A stretch of 64,000 nucleotides of DNA from NCBI GenBank assembly GCA_016748015.1, contig JAAOMT010000678.1, positions 290,389 through 354,388 of the forward strand, in the 5' to 3' direction. Source of the stretch: Geosiphon pyriformis uo1 (taxonomy: Eukaryota > Fungi > Glomeromycota). Made by a program: the position numbers and the translations under genes. This document shows, piece after piece, positions 28,267 through 44,958 of the stretch. Under the pieces are notes generated by a model. The model searched no databases. It was not told the DNA's origin and saw nothing but the letters and a program-made list of their open reading frames with translations. Within the stretch, counting starts at the first letter, position 1. Each line of letters opens with the position of its first letter.

Positions 28267-28889
28267 CTAATGGTTAACCTTTGGATTGTGAAACAGCGAT
28301 TTGTCACCATCACCCCAGGGGAAAGGCTATTTTTTATTGCAAGTATGAAGGTTACTTTTAAACTTATGGTTAAAGGAGAAAATTAGAACGACAACAAACC
28401 TTTGTCCTGAGACGTAGGTAAGGATACGGAGGAGTTTCCTCTTCATGATGATGAGCAGCATGTTCGCTAGCTATTCTATACGCGTTCCAAGCCGTTAGAA
28501 GAATCCCAGGACCTGCAACATAGAGGGAAATTTTTCTCCAAAGTTGAGCGGCGTCTTTTCTTACATAAAAAATGAAATTTATCAAGATCAGTTACACTAA
28601 TCGTTGCCCTTTGACAAACAATCGTCTTAAACAGTTCCCTGGATAGAATTCATCTTTTGATCTTTGCGGGAGGCAGGACGATGACAAATTTAGAGCACAG
28701 CTACATGTAATTCGACTTGAGGTTGATTCACTTACGCCGAGCGTGCTCTTCAATAGCCTCTTGCTCAGCAAGTAAAGGATTCACCTTTCCAGCAGGTACC
28801 TGCGCGGAAAATCCACGTCGTGAACAGCAAGAACGAGAAGGTGTTGTCAAAAGGCCCATAAAACGAGAGGTTGCAAAGCGACTGGCCAT
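28267..28889 (-). CDS. COX13: Cytochrome c oxidase subunit VIa, 3 exons
   Basis: Mitochondrial presequence MASRFATSRF; LWRKISLYV TM segment; YPYLRLRTK joined to PFPWGDGDKSLFHNP signature. Confidence 0.93.
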
Positions 28890-30422
28890 CCTCAAGCAAT
28901 TGAGAATATTAGGAATGTCAAAAGAGGGAGATTTTATTAAACAGACTACAGAATGCAATTGGGTTTAATCCCGCCATGACTGAAAATGGGATAGTAAAAA
29001 CCACGTGTTCTTAAAAGTCTTGGATTTCTAAGTAAGAATAATGAAATCTTTTGGCTGATCACGTTGGTACGCAATAAACTTTTTAAATTTTATTGTTTAT
29101 AACTAATATGTAAAATAAGTTAATTAATTATAATTCATATCAAATTAAATCGTATATATTATTAATCAGTCAAATTTGATGTGATTGATATTTAAAAAGT
29201 TAAAATTGATGCCAAATGCAAAATCGGCTGATCCAAGTCGGGACTGCCAATGAAAGAATTTGAATAATTGCTGGGCACTAAACAGAGTTCCCTATAATCT
29301 AACTACTAAAAGTTCGTTTTTTAATCTTTAATTTCCAGAAGATATGAATCTAAAAATGAAAGCAATTCAATTTTCTATCATTTTTGTGAATATCAAACTT
29401 TTAGATTTGTAATTGTGAAATTCATTATCTCGTCTTTTTTCGCCGCAGTTAGGGTTCAATCGCGTCTTAATTAGATGATTTAAAAGCTCCAATGGTAACT
29501 TACAACAATCATTGAGACACAATCTGAAAAGAAGATTCTCTGCATTGTTTCCCCTTACATATCGAATACTCTCAATCAAACTTTAAAACTATTTCTATCA
29601 AGTGGGTTGAATGACAAAATGAGAATTATGTTTTCAAACACGATTAGAAACTCGCATAAGTCGAAGTATTGAAATACAGCAAGAGGAAAACCTATTTCCA
29701 ATAAAATTACGTCGTAAATGAAATTTCTTGCGTCATTTAATGGCACATTTTTCTAAACGAATGGTATAATATCGAAAACAGTTCCTTACAGAGGCGGATA
29801 GTACTTCACAAGGTCAACAGAAAGCTGCAACGACTTACAAAATCCATTTTGGGAATTTCACAAGACGAAAACGCGTCCACTATGAAAATAATTCGGAAAA
29901 AACGCGTTGCTATTAATCAAATTTTTTTGAGGTCAAAGTTTAATATTGACATCAACTTTTTTTTTTGGTAAATTTATTTTGTCTATGATCTTTAGTTCTC
30001 CAAGATCTCCTTGATTCCAGTCAAAAAAGAATATTATTAAAGACATAATGGTAAAAGCTTTATTAACTGACACGTTACCAAATTCGCGAAAGCACTAGAT
30101 GCACAAAATGATAAAAACGTCACTCGTTGTACAATAGAGTAAATATTATTGGCACATCGGATCAATTTGGAAAAATCTACACTAAAATCGACATTTTGAA
30201 AAAATATTGCGTGCTCGCGCTCGTCAACGGCGACTTCTTTTATGAGCAATGAAAAGAAGAGATATTACTCATCCGTTAATGATAAGACGTGATTTGCCGT
30301 TGTGACTATAATATAAGTCGCGCGCAAAATTTTTTGAATGAGAAAACGGTCATAATTCAAAAAAAACCCACACATTCTTCAAAAATATAATTTTGTACAT
30401 AGTGTATACAATATATAGTTAA

Positions 30423-32922
<2,500 letters not shown>

Positions 32923-33279
32923 AAAAATCTACTATTTGATCAACATTTTCCTTACTTTATAAATATAATATAATATATGTTATCCTCTTTGGCTTGAACA
33001 TTATTAGAAAAATTTATTTGATATATTGGCATGTGATAAAGCAATTTTTTATTTCTTTACTGCCTCATACTTTGCCGAAAAGTTTATTTGGCTGACCAGT
33101 CGTTCACTTAGATAAAACACATGTAAAATATTAGCATATAGAGAAAACAAGAAATATTTTTTCAAACAAAAACACCTTATTTTTCAACCAAAATATCTGT
33201 TAGTTCGGCTTTTTTACCTTCATTTTTGCTGAACTTTTTTAAGAATCAAAAGAATTCAAGTGCTAGTTTTTACCTCATA

Positions 33280-35250
33280 ATGAATTATTTCTAAATGCCA
33301 GTATTAATTTATTAAATATTACATTTGTTTTATTAATAATATAATAACTATTGATGTTAATTTGTTTATTTATTAAATCATTGTTTTTTAACTATTTAAT
33401 TAACACAAGTTTTTATTAATTATTATAATTATATATGTATAATTTTATAAATTACAATTTTAATTGATATAATTAATATAATTAATATTACAAAATTTAT
33501 TGTCTGATTTTATTAAATTAATTAACTTGCATAAATTATATTATTTATATGTTTTTTATTTATTATTATAAATAAAAAATAAAGAATAAAATAACCAATT
33601 TTAAAATGTTTTAGTTTATAAACAATATATAAAATTAAGAATTAAGTTAAATATTTACTTTTATTTATTTTATTAACATAATTATTTAATAATTAACTAA
33701 TTTATAATAATAATTAATATTAATTAATTAATAATTCTTGTTAAATATATAAGTAATAATTTTTTAAGCTATAAAAAAATAATTATATTAATTTATTTAA
33801 AATGTAACTAAAAACAATCTTAAAATTAAAACAATTAATTTTTTAAAATATCAAAAAATTAATTTCTTTTAAAAAAAAATATTAGCTTTTTTTATTTTTT
33901 TGGTGTTTTTACTAATCTTATTATAATTATATTAATTATAGTATTTAATTTAAATTTGGTTATAAATAATAGTTTTTTTTATTGTAAATAATAAAAATAA
34001 TAATAACAATATATTTACTAAAATTAATTCATAATATAATTGCTTAATATATTAATTTTAATTATTTATTGTTAATTCTAAAAGCAAAACAAATTATAAT
34101 TAATTAAGTTATTTAAATAAAAACTAAAACACTTTTTTTATTGCTTTTTAAAAATATTATTAATATTTAAAAATTTTTTAACTAAATAATTTTTATTTTG
34201 GTATTTGAAAAAATTACAAATATTAATTGGTTTAAAATTGGTTACTAAAATAATATTATTTTAAGTTTTTTAAAGTTGTATTTATTAACTTTTTTGCTAT
34301 TTTAATTTGTTTATTATTGTAATTTTACATTATATTTTTTAAATATTTTTATTAATAAAAACAAAAATGCTCTTAATATATTTAATAAATTTTGGTATTA
34401 AATTAAAATTTACTAATTTATAATAATATATTGTTATGTATTTTAAGTTTTTTAAAATTATTAAAACTGTATTTGTTTGTTAATTGATTTATAAAATATA
34501 TTTAAAACTAAGTTAATTAATTACTTTTTAGTTATATAGTTTTTAAAATTAACAATTTGGTTTTTTAAGTTAATATTAATTATTATTATTATTAATTTAT
34601 TATTATTATTTTTAAGTTTAACTAATATTTTGCATAAAAGCTATATTTGTGATTGGGCCTTACTTGTTAATTATTTAATAAAAAAAAAAGCTATATTTAA
34701 AAAAAATTCTAGATATTAAAATTTAGATTATTTGGTTTTAAATTATAAAATTGTATTTTTTGATTTTTTAAGATATTTTTTAAATTTTTTGTTATATTTA
34801 AAGTTTTTATTAATTAAAAAATTTATTTAATTTAGTTGAATTTATAGTTATAAAAATTAAAACTTTAATAAATTAATTTTGTTTTTTTATAATTATTAAA
34901 ATAAATTCTAATATAAATATATACAGTTATTAAAACTAAAAATGCTTTTGTAAATTACTTTGATAAAACAAAAATATTAAGTGATTTTTATTTAAAAAAT
35001 AGATAAATAATATTTATTTTAAACATAAAAAAACTTTACTTGTAAAATAACTTTTTATTAAAAAACCAGTTTTAAAATAATTAAAAAATGCTTTAAATTT
35101 GTATTATTAAGAATGATATTAAAATATTTATTTAATTGTTTTTATTATTAAAAAAAATTTTAAATATTGTTTTTTGTTTAATAAAATTTATAAAATTAAA
35201 AAATATTTTTGTTATTAATAATTAAAACAAAAAAAAACTATTTAATATAA
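33280..35250. repeat. Extremely AT-rich relic DNA, probably fully decayed retroelement
   Basis: Almost no G/C; contains a LINE-tail motif TGGGCCTTACTTGTTAA followed by an A-run at 34655-34690. Confidence 0.55.
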
Positions 35251-35254
35251 AACT

Positions 35255-37540
35255 TTTTGTCTCCTTAGTTTTATAATCATGATCAGAGCAAAAGTAAAAA
35301 AGCTGTACCTAATATTTTTTTTAAGATATTTAATAAAATTTCAACCAAAAAAGCTTTTTTTGTTATAGAAGCTGCTAGACAAAACGTTTTAGAAGCATTT
35401 TTTTTACCTAGTAATCGTGAAAAGCTGCTTTTAGTAACTATTAAAACATTTTCTTTATCTTTGACTGGTTTTTTATCAATTAAAATTCTCTCAAAAAGAC
35501 ACATTTAAATTAGTCTTAGTATTGCTTTTACTTTATTTAAAAGCCCAAAAGTTTTTAATAACAAACTAGTTAACAAACTGGTTTTCTTTTCTATAGCTTT
35601 TATATTTAGTACTGCTAATACCATCTCTTCAAAAATATGATTAAAAAGATCAAAGATTCAAAAAAATGGAAACAGTTGGTTATCTTTGCTATTGTTGCAC
35701 CGAATTTTTTTGTGGTTTCTAATAAAATCTTAGATAAAATTTCTGTTATATTATTCAGCACATTGCCCAAAATAGACCAAGATTAATTACTGGCTGTATT
35801 GCCAAATATGATGTCTTTCAACAGATTATTGCTAGTTTTAAAAGCAAAGCAATTATTTTCTATGAAGTCATCTGTTTTTAAGAACTAAACTAACCAAATA
35901 GAAACTGAATTATTTCTATTGTTAGTTTTTGGTGCTACTACTGGTAATGTCTGAAAAACTATTTTTAGTTATTAAAGATTTGCTAAGTAAGTAGTCTCTA
36001 TTTTGATGCTTAATATTACTTTTAAAATAAAATTGGCTTATGTTAAGACTGGTTTTTAATTTGTACATGGTTTCTTGAATTTGAAGTCAATATTAAAAGA
36101 TAATATGAAGCTCTTTTGTATAAAGTTTGCTTCTTAAAAGTCTTTAAAAACTGCTTTTTTGGTTAAGCTTACAAGCTTTGTTTATTTAACTACTCTTAAA
36201 ATTGTTAAGTTTTTGGTGGTTTCTAATTCTGGTTCTTCTTCTGCTGTTGTTATATTGTATGATATGTCTTTAGATATATTTGTTGCTAATATTAAGATAG
36301 CTTTTGGTGTGTTTGGTAAAGTTACTTATATTATGCTAAAGCCTGCTGGCATTTGGCAATATGTGATTGTTTATTTTAAAAAACTGAACTTTGTTGTATT
36401 TACCTTAAATTATTGATCAATTTTAATGAATAAAAATAGTGTTAGAATTCTTTTTTTGGTAAATTAAAATAAGATTATTCTGTTTTGTGATAAGTTTAAG
36501 ACCAAGTTGGTCAACTTTTTTTCTAACTGTACTGCTTTTAAAATTAGTAATATGATTTTTTAAGTCAATAATTAAACATGTTTTATTCCTTATTTTCCTA
36601 ATTTTGGTTATTTTTTCCAGTTTGTTCTAATTACATTTGAATCTCAGATCAATTTAAAAACTGCTGTTATTAAAATTAATACACTAAAAAAGTATTGTAT
36701 TTGATAAAAAACTCTTGATTGTTGATGCTGTTTTAGATGTCAAAAAATAGGCCCTTTAGCTGTAGATTATAAGATTTTTTCGTTTTTTTTTTTCAAGACT
36801 TTCAAAGTATTTACTCTATATTTTGTAAATATAAAGTCTTATACTAAGATGTTTGCTTTTTTAAATTCTTCTAAATTTCTTTTATTGGTGACCTCTATTT
36901 TTTTTTCTGAGGTTGAAAATAATCTTTTGATTTTTTTTGGCTGGTGTTTTTGAAATCTGATTTAGTCAAATTGTTAACTTTGGTTAAATCTATTGTTAAG
37001 TCTATTAATATATTAATAACTACTTTTAAACAATTTATTAAAGATGATTTTATGTTAAACAACAAGCTTGAAAACAAGATTAATAAGCTTATAATATATT
37101 TAAATGCTTTTAGCAAATCTGTTGATAAGTTGAAAAAAGAAATAGTGATATTAAAAACAGAGTATGACATAAAAAATATTAATATGTTTGGTAATTCTAA
37201 AGTTTTAATTAAAGTAAGTGATAAGATGTTTAGTGAATCAATAGCATTCTGAAAATTCAAATCTCTTGAGATTAGATTCAGTCTTATAAAAACAATTGAG
37301 TAACTTGTTAGATTGGTTTCTAATAGTTTTACTTTGTTTGATATAGTTTAAAAAATATTTATTTTAAACAAGTTTTTTTGTAAGTTATTAACATAATATA
37401 GCTTAAACTGGCTTAAATAACTGGTTATATATAAAAGCACATAAATTACATTTAGTTTAAAACATTAGTTTGTTTTAAAGTACTAGATAATAGTTGGATC
37501 ATATTTATTAAATTTTAATAATAATAAAAAATTAAAATAA
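35255..37540 (+). mobile_element. ORF1-only non-autonomous LINE derivative (HAL1-like), decayed
   Basis: ORF1 remnant with RRM-like FGVFGKV...AGIWQY, WSILMNKNSV, TCFIP..PN, CFRCQKIG knuckle and coiled coil, homologous to 38203-40161; stop at 37394-37396 runs directly into the LINE 3' tail; no ORF2. Confidence 0.75.
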
Positions 37541-38202
37541 AATAAAATAAAATAATAATAATAATAAATATTAAAAAACTAAATATTATTAAAAAAACTA
37601 TTTAAAATTTTTTTTTATTAATTTAACAATATAATAATAATAAAATTTTCTTTTTTTGTATTTTTAATTTTTTAAAAAAGTTATTTCTTAAAAAATAAGG
37701 TTTTTTTTTTGTTAAAAGGTTTTTAATATTTAATTTAATATTTTTTATTTAATTATATAAGTACTACTAAATTAAATAATATAATAAATTTTAGTAAAAG
37801 TTTTAAGAGTTTAAATACTAATTTTGCTAGCAAAATTTTCTTAATAAAAAAAAAAAAAGTGTTTTTTTTAAAACTTAATAATAATAATATTAATACTTTT
37901 TTTTATAATAGTTATTTTAATTAATAATATAAATAATATAGTAAATATTAAAAGTATTAATATAGACAAAAATTTCTTGATCAAAAAACTGTTTTTAATT
38001 TAAATAATAGCAGTAAAATAAAAACAAATAATATAAATATTATTTTAAAAGTACTAAAAATTAAAATTAAAAAAAAATCTTTCGTTTGTTGATCCCTTAG
38101 TCACAATGAGAGCTTGATTTTTTTGAAGAAGTAAATTTTCTTTCCTTTCTTACCCCTATAAGTTTTGCAGTTATTTCTTCTAATGTACTTTTGTTTGTGG
38201 AT

Positions 38203-40161
38203 ATAAATCCAGTAGACTCTTTTGCTAGTGGGTCAGTGTCTATTTTGGCTGGGTTAGGAATCTGATTGGGTGTCAAAACCAAGCATCAGGTGAGTGCTCA
38301 TTTGCAAAATGCATCTTATAAAAAACCCAAGAAGCCTGTTGTTGCTAGCAGTATTATTAAGACATCTGTCGATCCTCTGGTTTTCATAAATATGCTTACT
38401 GATGGTAACAAGCCTATGAGATCGTGGGGCAACAAAGTAAACAGTGAAGCAAGCAGTATTAGCAGCATTTCAGATCTGAAAAACATGAAGAATATGATTG
38501 CAGAAGAAACAAATTATACTGATTCAAATGCTTTGAAGATCGACAATAAGATGGATGATGCTACTCCCAGGAAGACATGTACTAAGACATATGTTTTAGA
38601 TAGTAAGCTGAACAAGATTTCTTTCAATGATTTAAGCAATGGTGATGATGATGTTTTGACACTTTTGGTTTCTAAATTTTCTGGTGCTAAGCGTTTACTG
38701 GCTGCTGGGTCATGTGTCTTGGATAAATGCAATTTCAGGCCTGTCAAATCTTTTGCACTTGATGTTGAATTGTCAGCCATACCTGGAAAGACAAATAGTA
38801 ATAAATTGATGGCAATAAAAAAAATTTCTATTAAATTGATGGATTTGGAAGGGGCGTCGACTTTCTCAAAATTTCTTGAGATCATTAAATTTTCCTTTAC
38901 ATCTGAATTGAGTCTAAAGAAGATTAGAGAATTGGCAACTCATAAGAAAATTGTGGTAAATGTTGATGTTAGACAGATAAACAAACATTCAAATTGGGTA
39001 ATTGTTGTTAAAAAAATTCTGGTCAATCTTTTCAAATCAGCTGTAAAATCTGTTTTTTCTAAATTTGGAAAGATTGTATCAATCAAGATGCAATTGATTG
39101 GCCTGTGACAAAAAGCTTTAGTGGAATTTGAGTCATCTGAAATAGCTAATTTGGTCACAGCTAGATGGTCTGTTGTCATGGGAAAGAATTCAGTTCATGT
39201 GGTAAAAGCTATTGATAATAAACATACATGGGTATCCAGAGATTAACACTGAGCTTTGCTTTATATTCTTTCAGTTGGTACTATGGCTCATAATCTTTTG
39301 GACTTGTTGAAGTCATATGGTGAGAAAACCTGTTTTATTGGCTGTAATCCTAACTCTTATGTACGTGATAGATGTGCAATTGTGTGCTTTGTTGATGAGG
39401 CATCTAAATTGGCTGCTATTGGTTCTGCTTCAGTGTTTAAGAGTGTGAATTTGTACTGGGCTGGTTTTTCTTTGGCCCATTGTGCTTATTGCAAACAGTT
39501 TGGTCATATCTCTATAATGTGCTCATTGAGTGAGAATTCTGGTATTTGTAGTAAGCAGATGGTCACTCCTCAGAATCAGGTTCATTTGACCAACATATAT
39601 AGGAAGAAGCAAGCACCAATTGTTTATTCAGTTTCTTTTGGTGGGAAAACTTGGGCTCAAGTTGCTGGTGGTTCTTCTTCTCATGTGGTTTTGTTGGATA
39701 CTTTAGAATCTAGTTCATCTTTGGGCACAAAGCCTGCACCAATAGATTCTAGTTTTTTTGGTGATTTCTATTTGGTTGATTGGTTGGTCTTTCTGGAATG
39801 TTCTTTAAAGCTTCTGATGGATCAGGTTTCTGGTATTATGAAAAAATTGAGTTTTGTGGAATTGGTGCTTCTGGCATCCAAACTTCTTATTCCTCTTCCA
39901 GTTGTTCTCACATCTGTTGCACCCAATTTGAACTCTGATATGACTCTAGATGTCATGGTAGTGTCCCTTTCTCTATCACTGTCAATTGTTGCTGACCCAG
40001 TTTCTGATCTTGGTCTGAGTAGTTCTAAAGTTTTGACATCCAAAGTAGGTGGATTGGAATCCAAAATGGTGGCTTTGGAGGTGTCAGTTGATTTTGTTTT
40101 GGAAAAATTGGATCATTTGTGCTCTGGCTTGGGCTTGTCAACTTTTCTTATTTCTCAATAA
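38203..40161 (+). pseudogene. LINE ORF1 (RRM-like, CCHC knuckle, coiled coil)
   Basis: SVFSKFGKIVSIKMQLIGL.QKALVEF; CAYCKQFGHISIMC; VGGLESKMVALEVSV; start ATG inferred to have decayed to ATA at 38203. Confidence 0.85.
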
Positions 40162-43100
40162 GTGATTTTGTGTGGAATATTGTAATGTGTAATGTTTGCA
40201 GTATCAATGTCCCTGCCAAGCAGAAGGATATTGTTCATTGGCATAGGGATTCTAGGAATTTGGTTTCAATCATTACGGAAACAAAGTTGAGATCTAGCAA
40301 TAGACCTTGAATTAGAGATAAGTTCAATAGAATTAGGGTTTTTTTATCTGGATTGAACAAAAAGTTTCTTGGTACTGGTGTTGCAATTATTATGAACACA
40401 TCTCTAGCTTATTATGTTTGTAAAGTTACTGAGGTATCTGGTCAGCTCCTATTAGTCAAGTTGCTATTCAAGAACAAACTTTCTGTGTCTATTTTGGGGT
40501 TTTATGCTGGGACATTTCTGGTTGTTCATTTCTCTCAGGCTAATGATATCACTTCTATGATTGCTAAGGCAGTTAATGAATCTTCATTTGTTGTTTTGGG
40601 TAATGACTTCAATAAAGATGGCTTTCGAAAGAGTGTTAGTTTTAGAAAGTGTTTGGATCTTGGTTTAGTCAATTCTTTGGGTGGAAGTTTTTATGTCAAA
40701 ATGCCCACATGGGCTAACTCTTAAGGCATGACTAAAACTATTGATTTTTTGTTCATTTCTTTAAATTTGGCTAATGCTGTGGTGAGTCACAATGTGTTTG
40801 ATGTTGAAAAATTTTTTGATACTGACCATCAGGCTGTGTCTGTGTCTATGGGGTTGGGTGAGCTTTTGGATGTGCAACTAAACTCTCTTCACAAGCAAGC
40901 AAATAGGGACCAATGAAAGTTTGATTTCAAGGGTACTGATGATGCTAAATAGAATAATTTTGAGAATGCTATGTTGGCAAATGCTGTGATGTTCTCAGAT
41001 GAGTTTACTGCCTCTGTTAAGTTCTTGGATTTAGATGCAATGTGGGATGTTGTTCATAAAGTTATGGTTCTCTTGGCTAATGAGGTGTTTAAAAAAAAAT
41101 AGTTTAAAGGCTTTGATGATGTTTTTACCAAGAAATCTTCAAAATATCACAAATTAGAGCTGTTGGTTTCTAAAATAGTTAAGATTTTGCATAAAAAGAG
41201 TGCTGTGAATTTTGAGTTTCTTATGAAGTGCTGGGTTTTTTTGGACAGTGTTGGAGCTTTAGCTGTTCAAAACATTGTGGATTTTGGTACAGGCTCTGGT
41301 CAGGTTTGTTTTGCTCTTTGTGGTATTAGAAAAGCTTATCACACATCCAAACTTGCTGAATTTTGTAGGGCTAAGAAGGCAACCATTAGAGCTGCTATAG
41401 ATAAAAGGATAGAGAGCTTTGAGATTAATAAGAGTCATACTATTAGGAGTGTGTTAGAGCACCTATTTCATAAAGTGGTACTTGACCATCTGGTTGTTGA
41501 TAATGAACTTGTCTTGAAACTTGATTTGGTTAAGTCTAAGGTTAATGTTATCATGAAAGATTGAACTAGAAAGTGTCAAGTGGTTGATGATGTCTCTAGT
41601 GATTGGTGTTGTCAATATCAACCTTTGGAGTATGTTTTTGATGAAGCTTTTTCAGGTGTTATGTGTTTTATTGAGTTTGATAAACTGTTTGAAGTGGTTT
41701 TTTCTTTGTCTAATGATAAAGCTGTTAGTCTTTTGGGTATATTGAATGAGTTTTAGAAACATTGTGATAAAGCAGTCTTAAATATGCTTTTGGTGTTTTT
41801 GAATTTCTGTTTGTCTGATGAATCTGTACCTAGCTCTTGGAAAGAGACTTGGGTCTCAATAATTCCCAAACCATATAAATGGGAGGGTGTTTTTACGAAT
41901 ACTTGACCTATTGCTTTGATTAAGACAGCTCGTAAAATTCTCTTCAAGATTCTCTCAAATGGAATTTCATTGGCATGCAGCACTTTTGATGTTCTTTGTG
42001 GGGACAATTTTTCTGTTTTGAAAGATATATTAATTTAGTCTCCCATTTTTGCAATTGGTTCAGTTATTAAGAATGCTTTGGAGAAGAATTAGAAGCTTTA
42101 GTTGGTTTTACAAGATATGAGAAAGGCATATGATTCAGTTGGTTGGAAGCATCTTGAAAAAAATTTAACCAGGATTAAGATGTATAGCAAGTTTATTTGT
42201 TTTTTTGACAGTATTTATAAAAATTGCACCAATTGTGTTATGACAGATTTTGGTTTGATGAGTGGCTATTGGGTACATGATGATCTGGACCAGGGAGAAA
42301 TCTTTTCCCTTCTACTGTGATGCATATTCTATGACTCTTTGTTATGTGAAATCAAGTGTCAAGAGAGTGTGTGTGGGTATAGGTTGAATTCTTATTTTAT
42401 TTCCAAAAATAGTTGTGCTGAATCCTGGGCTGAACTTTCTTTTTTTTTTACTGCTGGCACTTTCGTTGATGATACAATTTGGGTTGATAGCAGTCAAAAT
42501 GCCACTTAACATATTCTTGATGTTGTTAATAAATTTTTTCAGATAAATGACATTTCTATAAATAATAACAAGACAGTGACCATTCCCATTAATAGTAAGA
42601 TTGGCAATCTGTCTCTTTCTATCAGTGGCTCGCCAATCTCTATTGCCAAAAAAAGTGAATCTCATTAGTATTTGGGTATTTTTCTTTCAACTAAGGGTCT
42701 TTCAAAGCCTAGTTTAGCTAAGGCAAATTCAAATGTTTGTTTTTTCACTAATCTGGTTCTGTGGAAGACTGTCTCAGATAAACAGCTCTTGTATTTGGTT
42801 TTGGCAGTTCTCCATCCTATAGTTAGCTATAGAACACAGTTTAGCTTTGTTCCTGTTGGAGTGTGTAACAAGTGAGATGCTCTTATTTGTAAGGGCTTGA
42901 AGCTTAAATCCAGTTTACCACTTGATTTTTCCAATGATACAATTCACTATTCTTCTTTTTATGGTTTGAAATCTTTCTTTCAGATTTAGTTTGAAAATAA
43001 GATTGCCTCTTTTGTTAGTTTTGCGAACTCTGGTGGTGTTGTGGATTGCTTATTTTCTCATAGGTTTCATGACCTGCAAGTTTTGTGTTGGCACCCTGTT

Positions 43101-44845
43101 CATCCATTAAGTTCTCTTGTTTATATTCATATTAGTGCTTCTAATAATTTCTTGGTAGGCATGGTTTGTGTTCTTCTTGACTGCAACTTATTTCTGAACA
43201 GTTTTTTGGCCACTTCCTTTCAATTCTGCAGTGGGGTTCCAATGTCTACTGTTTTGGGTGAGTCAAAGTTTCTCAGGTTTTTCCCTTCTCTTTGGCAGCA
43301 TGGTATTGCCTTTGTTAACCAACTTCATGATCATCATAGTGCTGTGTTTAATTGGTATACCTTCAAGTGTTGGAAAAAATTGGACCCTCATGGCTCTGTT
43401 TCTGAGTGGTTCAAGCTTTTTGTTACATTTCTTAATGGTATGGACTCCTCTTCTACTCTCTCCCTGTTTTTGCATGGTGTTAGTTCTTTGAACATTCTTG
43501 AATCTAGCAACTTTGTTTCTGTTTGTGATCATTTCTTACAAGCTGGTGCCAGCAGCTTGTCAGTATACACAGATGGGTCCCTTAGTAATTTGGGCACAGC
43601 CAGCTGTAAAGCTGGTGCTGCTGCATATTTTGAGGACATTGGTTTGGGTTTGGGTGTTTGTGTATTGGGTTTGATGTTATCTACTTTGGGGAAGTTGCAG
43701 GCTATTGCACTGGTTCTTGAGTGTGTTTTCCCATCAAGCTCTGTTCTATTTTTTTGGATAGTCAATCTGCTTTAGATACTTGTAAATTGGAATTGAGTCT
43801 GGCATGTTCTGACTTTTGTAATCAATATTGGGTCAAGTGTCATCATATAGTCAATGTTATTTGCAATAAGAATTTGGAGATCAGCTAGCATAAAGTGAAG
43901 GGTCACTCTGGTGTCTCGGGTAATGAATGTGCTAATGTGATTGCTGGTGCTGCTTCTCTCTCTAATTGGCACTTTTCTTTCCACCTGGATGAACACTTCT
44001 TGATTGCCAATGGTGGGATTGTTTCTGGCAATTCCAGATATTTTGTTCATGATATTTATCATTCAGTTTACCGTGTGCACTGAGAGGTTGGGTCTGGTTC
44101 TAAGTTTTTGGCTAGTTGTTTGCTCTTAAAGATTGATTGGCTTTACTTGTCATTGGTGTGACATTCTAACTCACATATGACTGCTGGTTTTACCAGCAAA
44201 CTTTCGGCTGACACACACATTTATTTCATAAAAGCTTTGTACCACTGACTGCTGGTTGCTGTTTAGAAGTGTCTTTATAGTAGGCTGTATCCTAGTGTGT
44301 TGTGCTTATATTGTGATAAGGTAGAGGTGTCAGATCATGTGTTTTCTTGTAAGGTTGATGAATCTGCTTAGCAGTATTTATTGGAATTTCATATAAGCTC
44401 TTGGAAGGCAGTTTCTGGTTTCTCTCATTTCTCTTTGGGTGTACTGCAGCTGTTGTTTTTCTGTGTTTCTGATCCTTTTGTGTCCACAGCTCTTTATAAA
44501 GATTTTGTTTTTGATGGCTGGTTTTGTAAGGCTGTCTTTATCTTCCGCGATTCCAAGATTGCTAGTTTAAAAGTTGTCAAATTTGTGCATTCTCTTGGTC
44601 TTGCTTTTAGGGCTGATATTTGGTCAGTTTATGCTAAGCATCATACTTACATGAAGAAGAATAAGTTGATTCTACTTGATGGTTTAACTCATATCTTGGT
44701 CTCTGGTTTGGCTTCAAGATTTTCTGCTGGTGTGATCAAGTTGCTTGGCATTGCTGATGGTTTTGGTATTTGTTTTGGCTTTCGCAAATCCAGTTTGTTT
44801 TTTTCTGGTTTAAGTGATCTAGTTTTGGTTTATATAGCTGCATAG
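40158..44845 (+). pseudogene. LINE ORF2 (APE endonuclease, RT, RNase H, zinc finger)
   Basis: WNIVMCNV, ITETKL, LGNDFN, TIDF, TDH (EN); LQDMRKAYDSV, QGEIFS, FVDD (RT); VYTDGS, KVKGHSGVSGNE (RNH); CLYC..DHVFSC; nearly all in one frame with nonsense mutations. Confidence 0.92.
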
Positions 44846-44958
44846 TATTGTTCTAATTGGCCTGAGTGACTGGTTATGTGTAGAAAGTGCATAATTTACA
44901 CTTAGTTTAGATTATTTCTTTGATATATAATATTAGGTTGTGTTTGAATCTTACTCAT

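Larger units (their letters stand above)
38080..44958 (+). mobile_element. Full-length APE-type LINE with RNase H (decayed); poly(A) displaced to ~54445-54465 by Gypsy D
   Basis: 5' UTR, ORF1, ORF2 (EN-RT-RNH-ZnF) and 3' tail; tail continues as TTGTTAAATG plus A-run after the 3' LTR of D. Confidence 0.93.
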
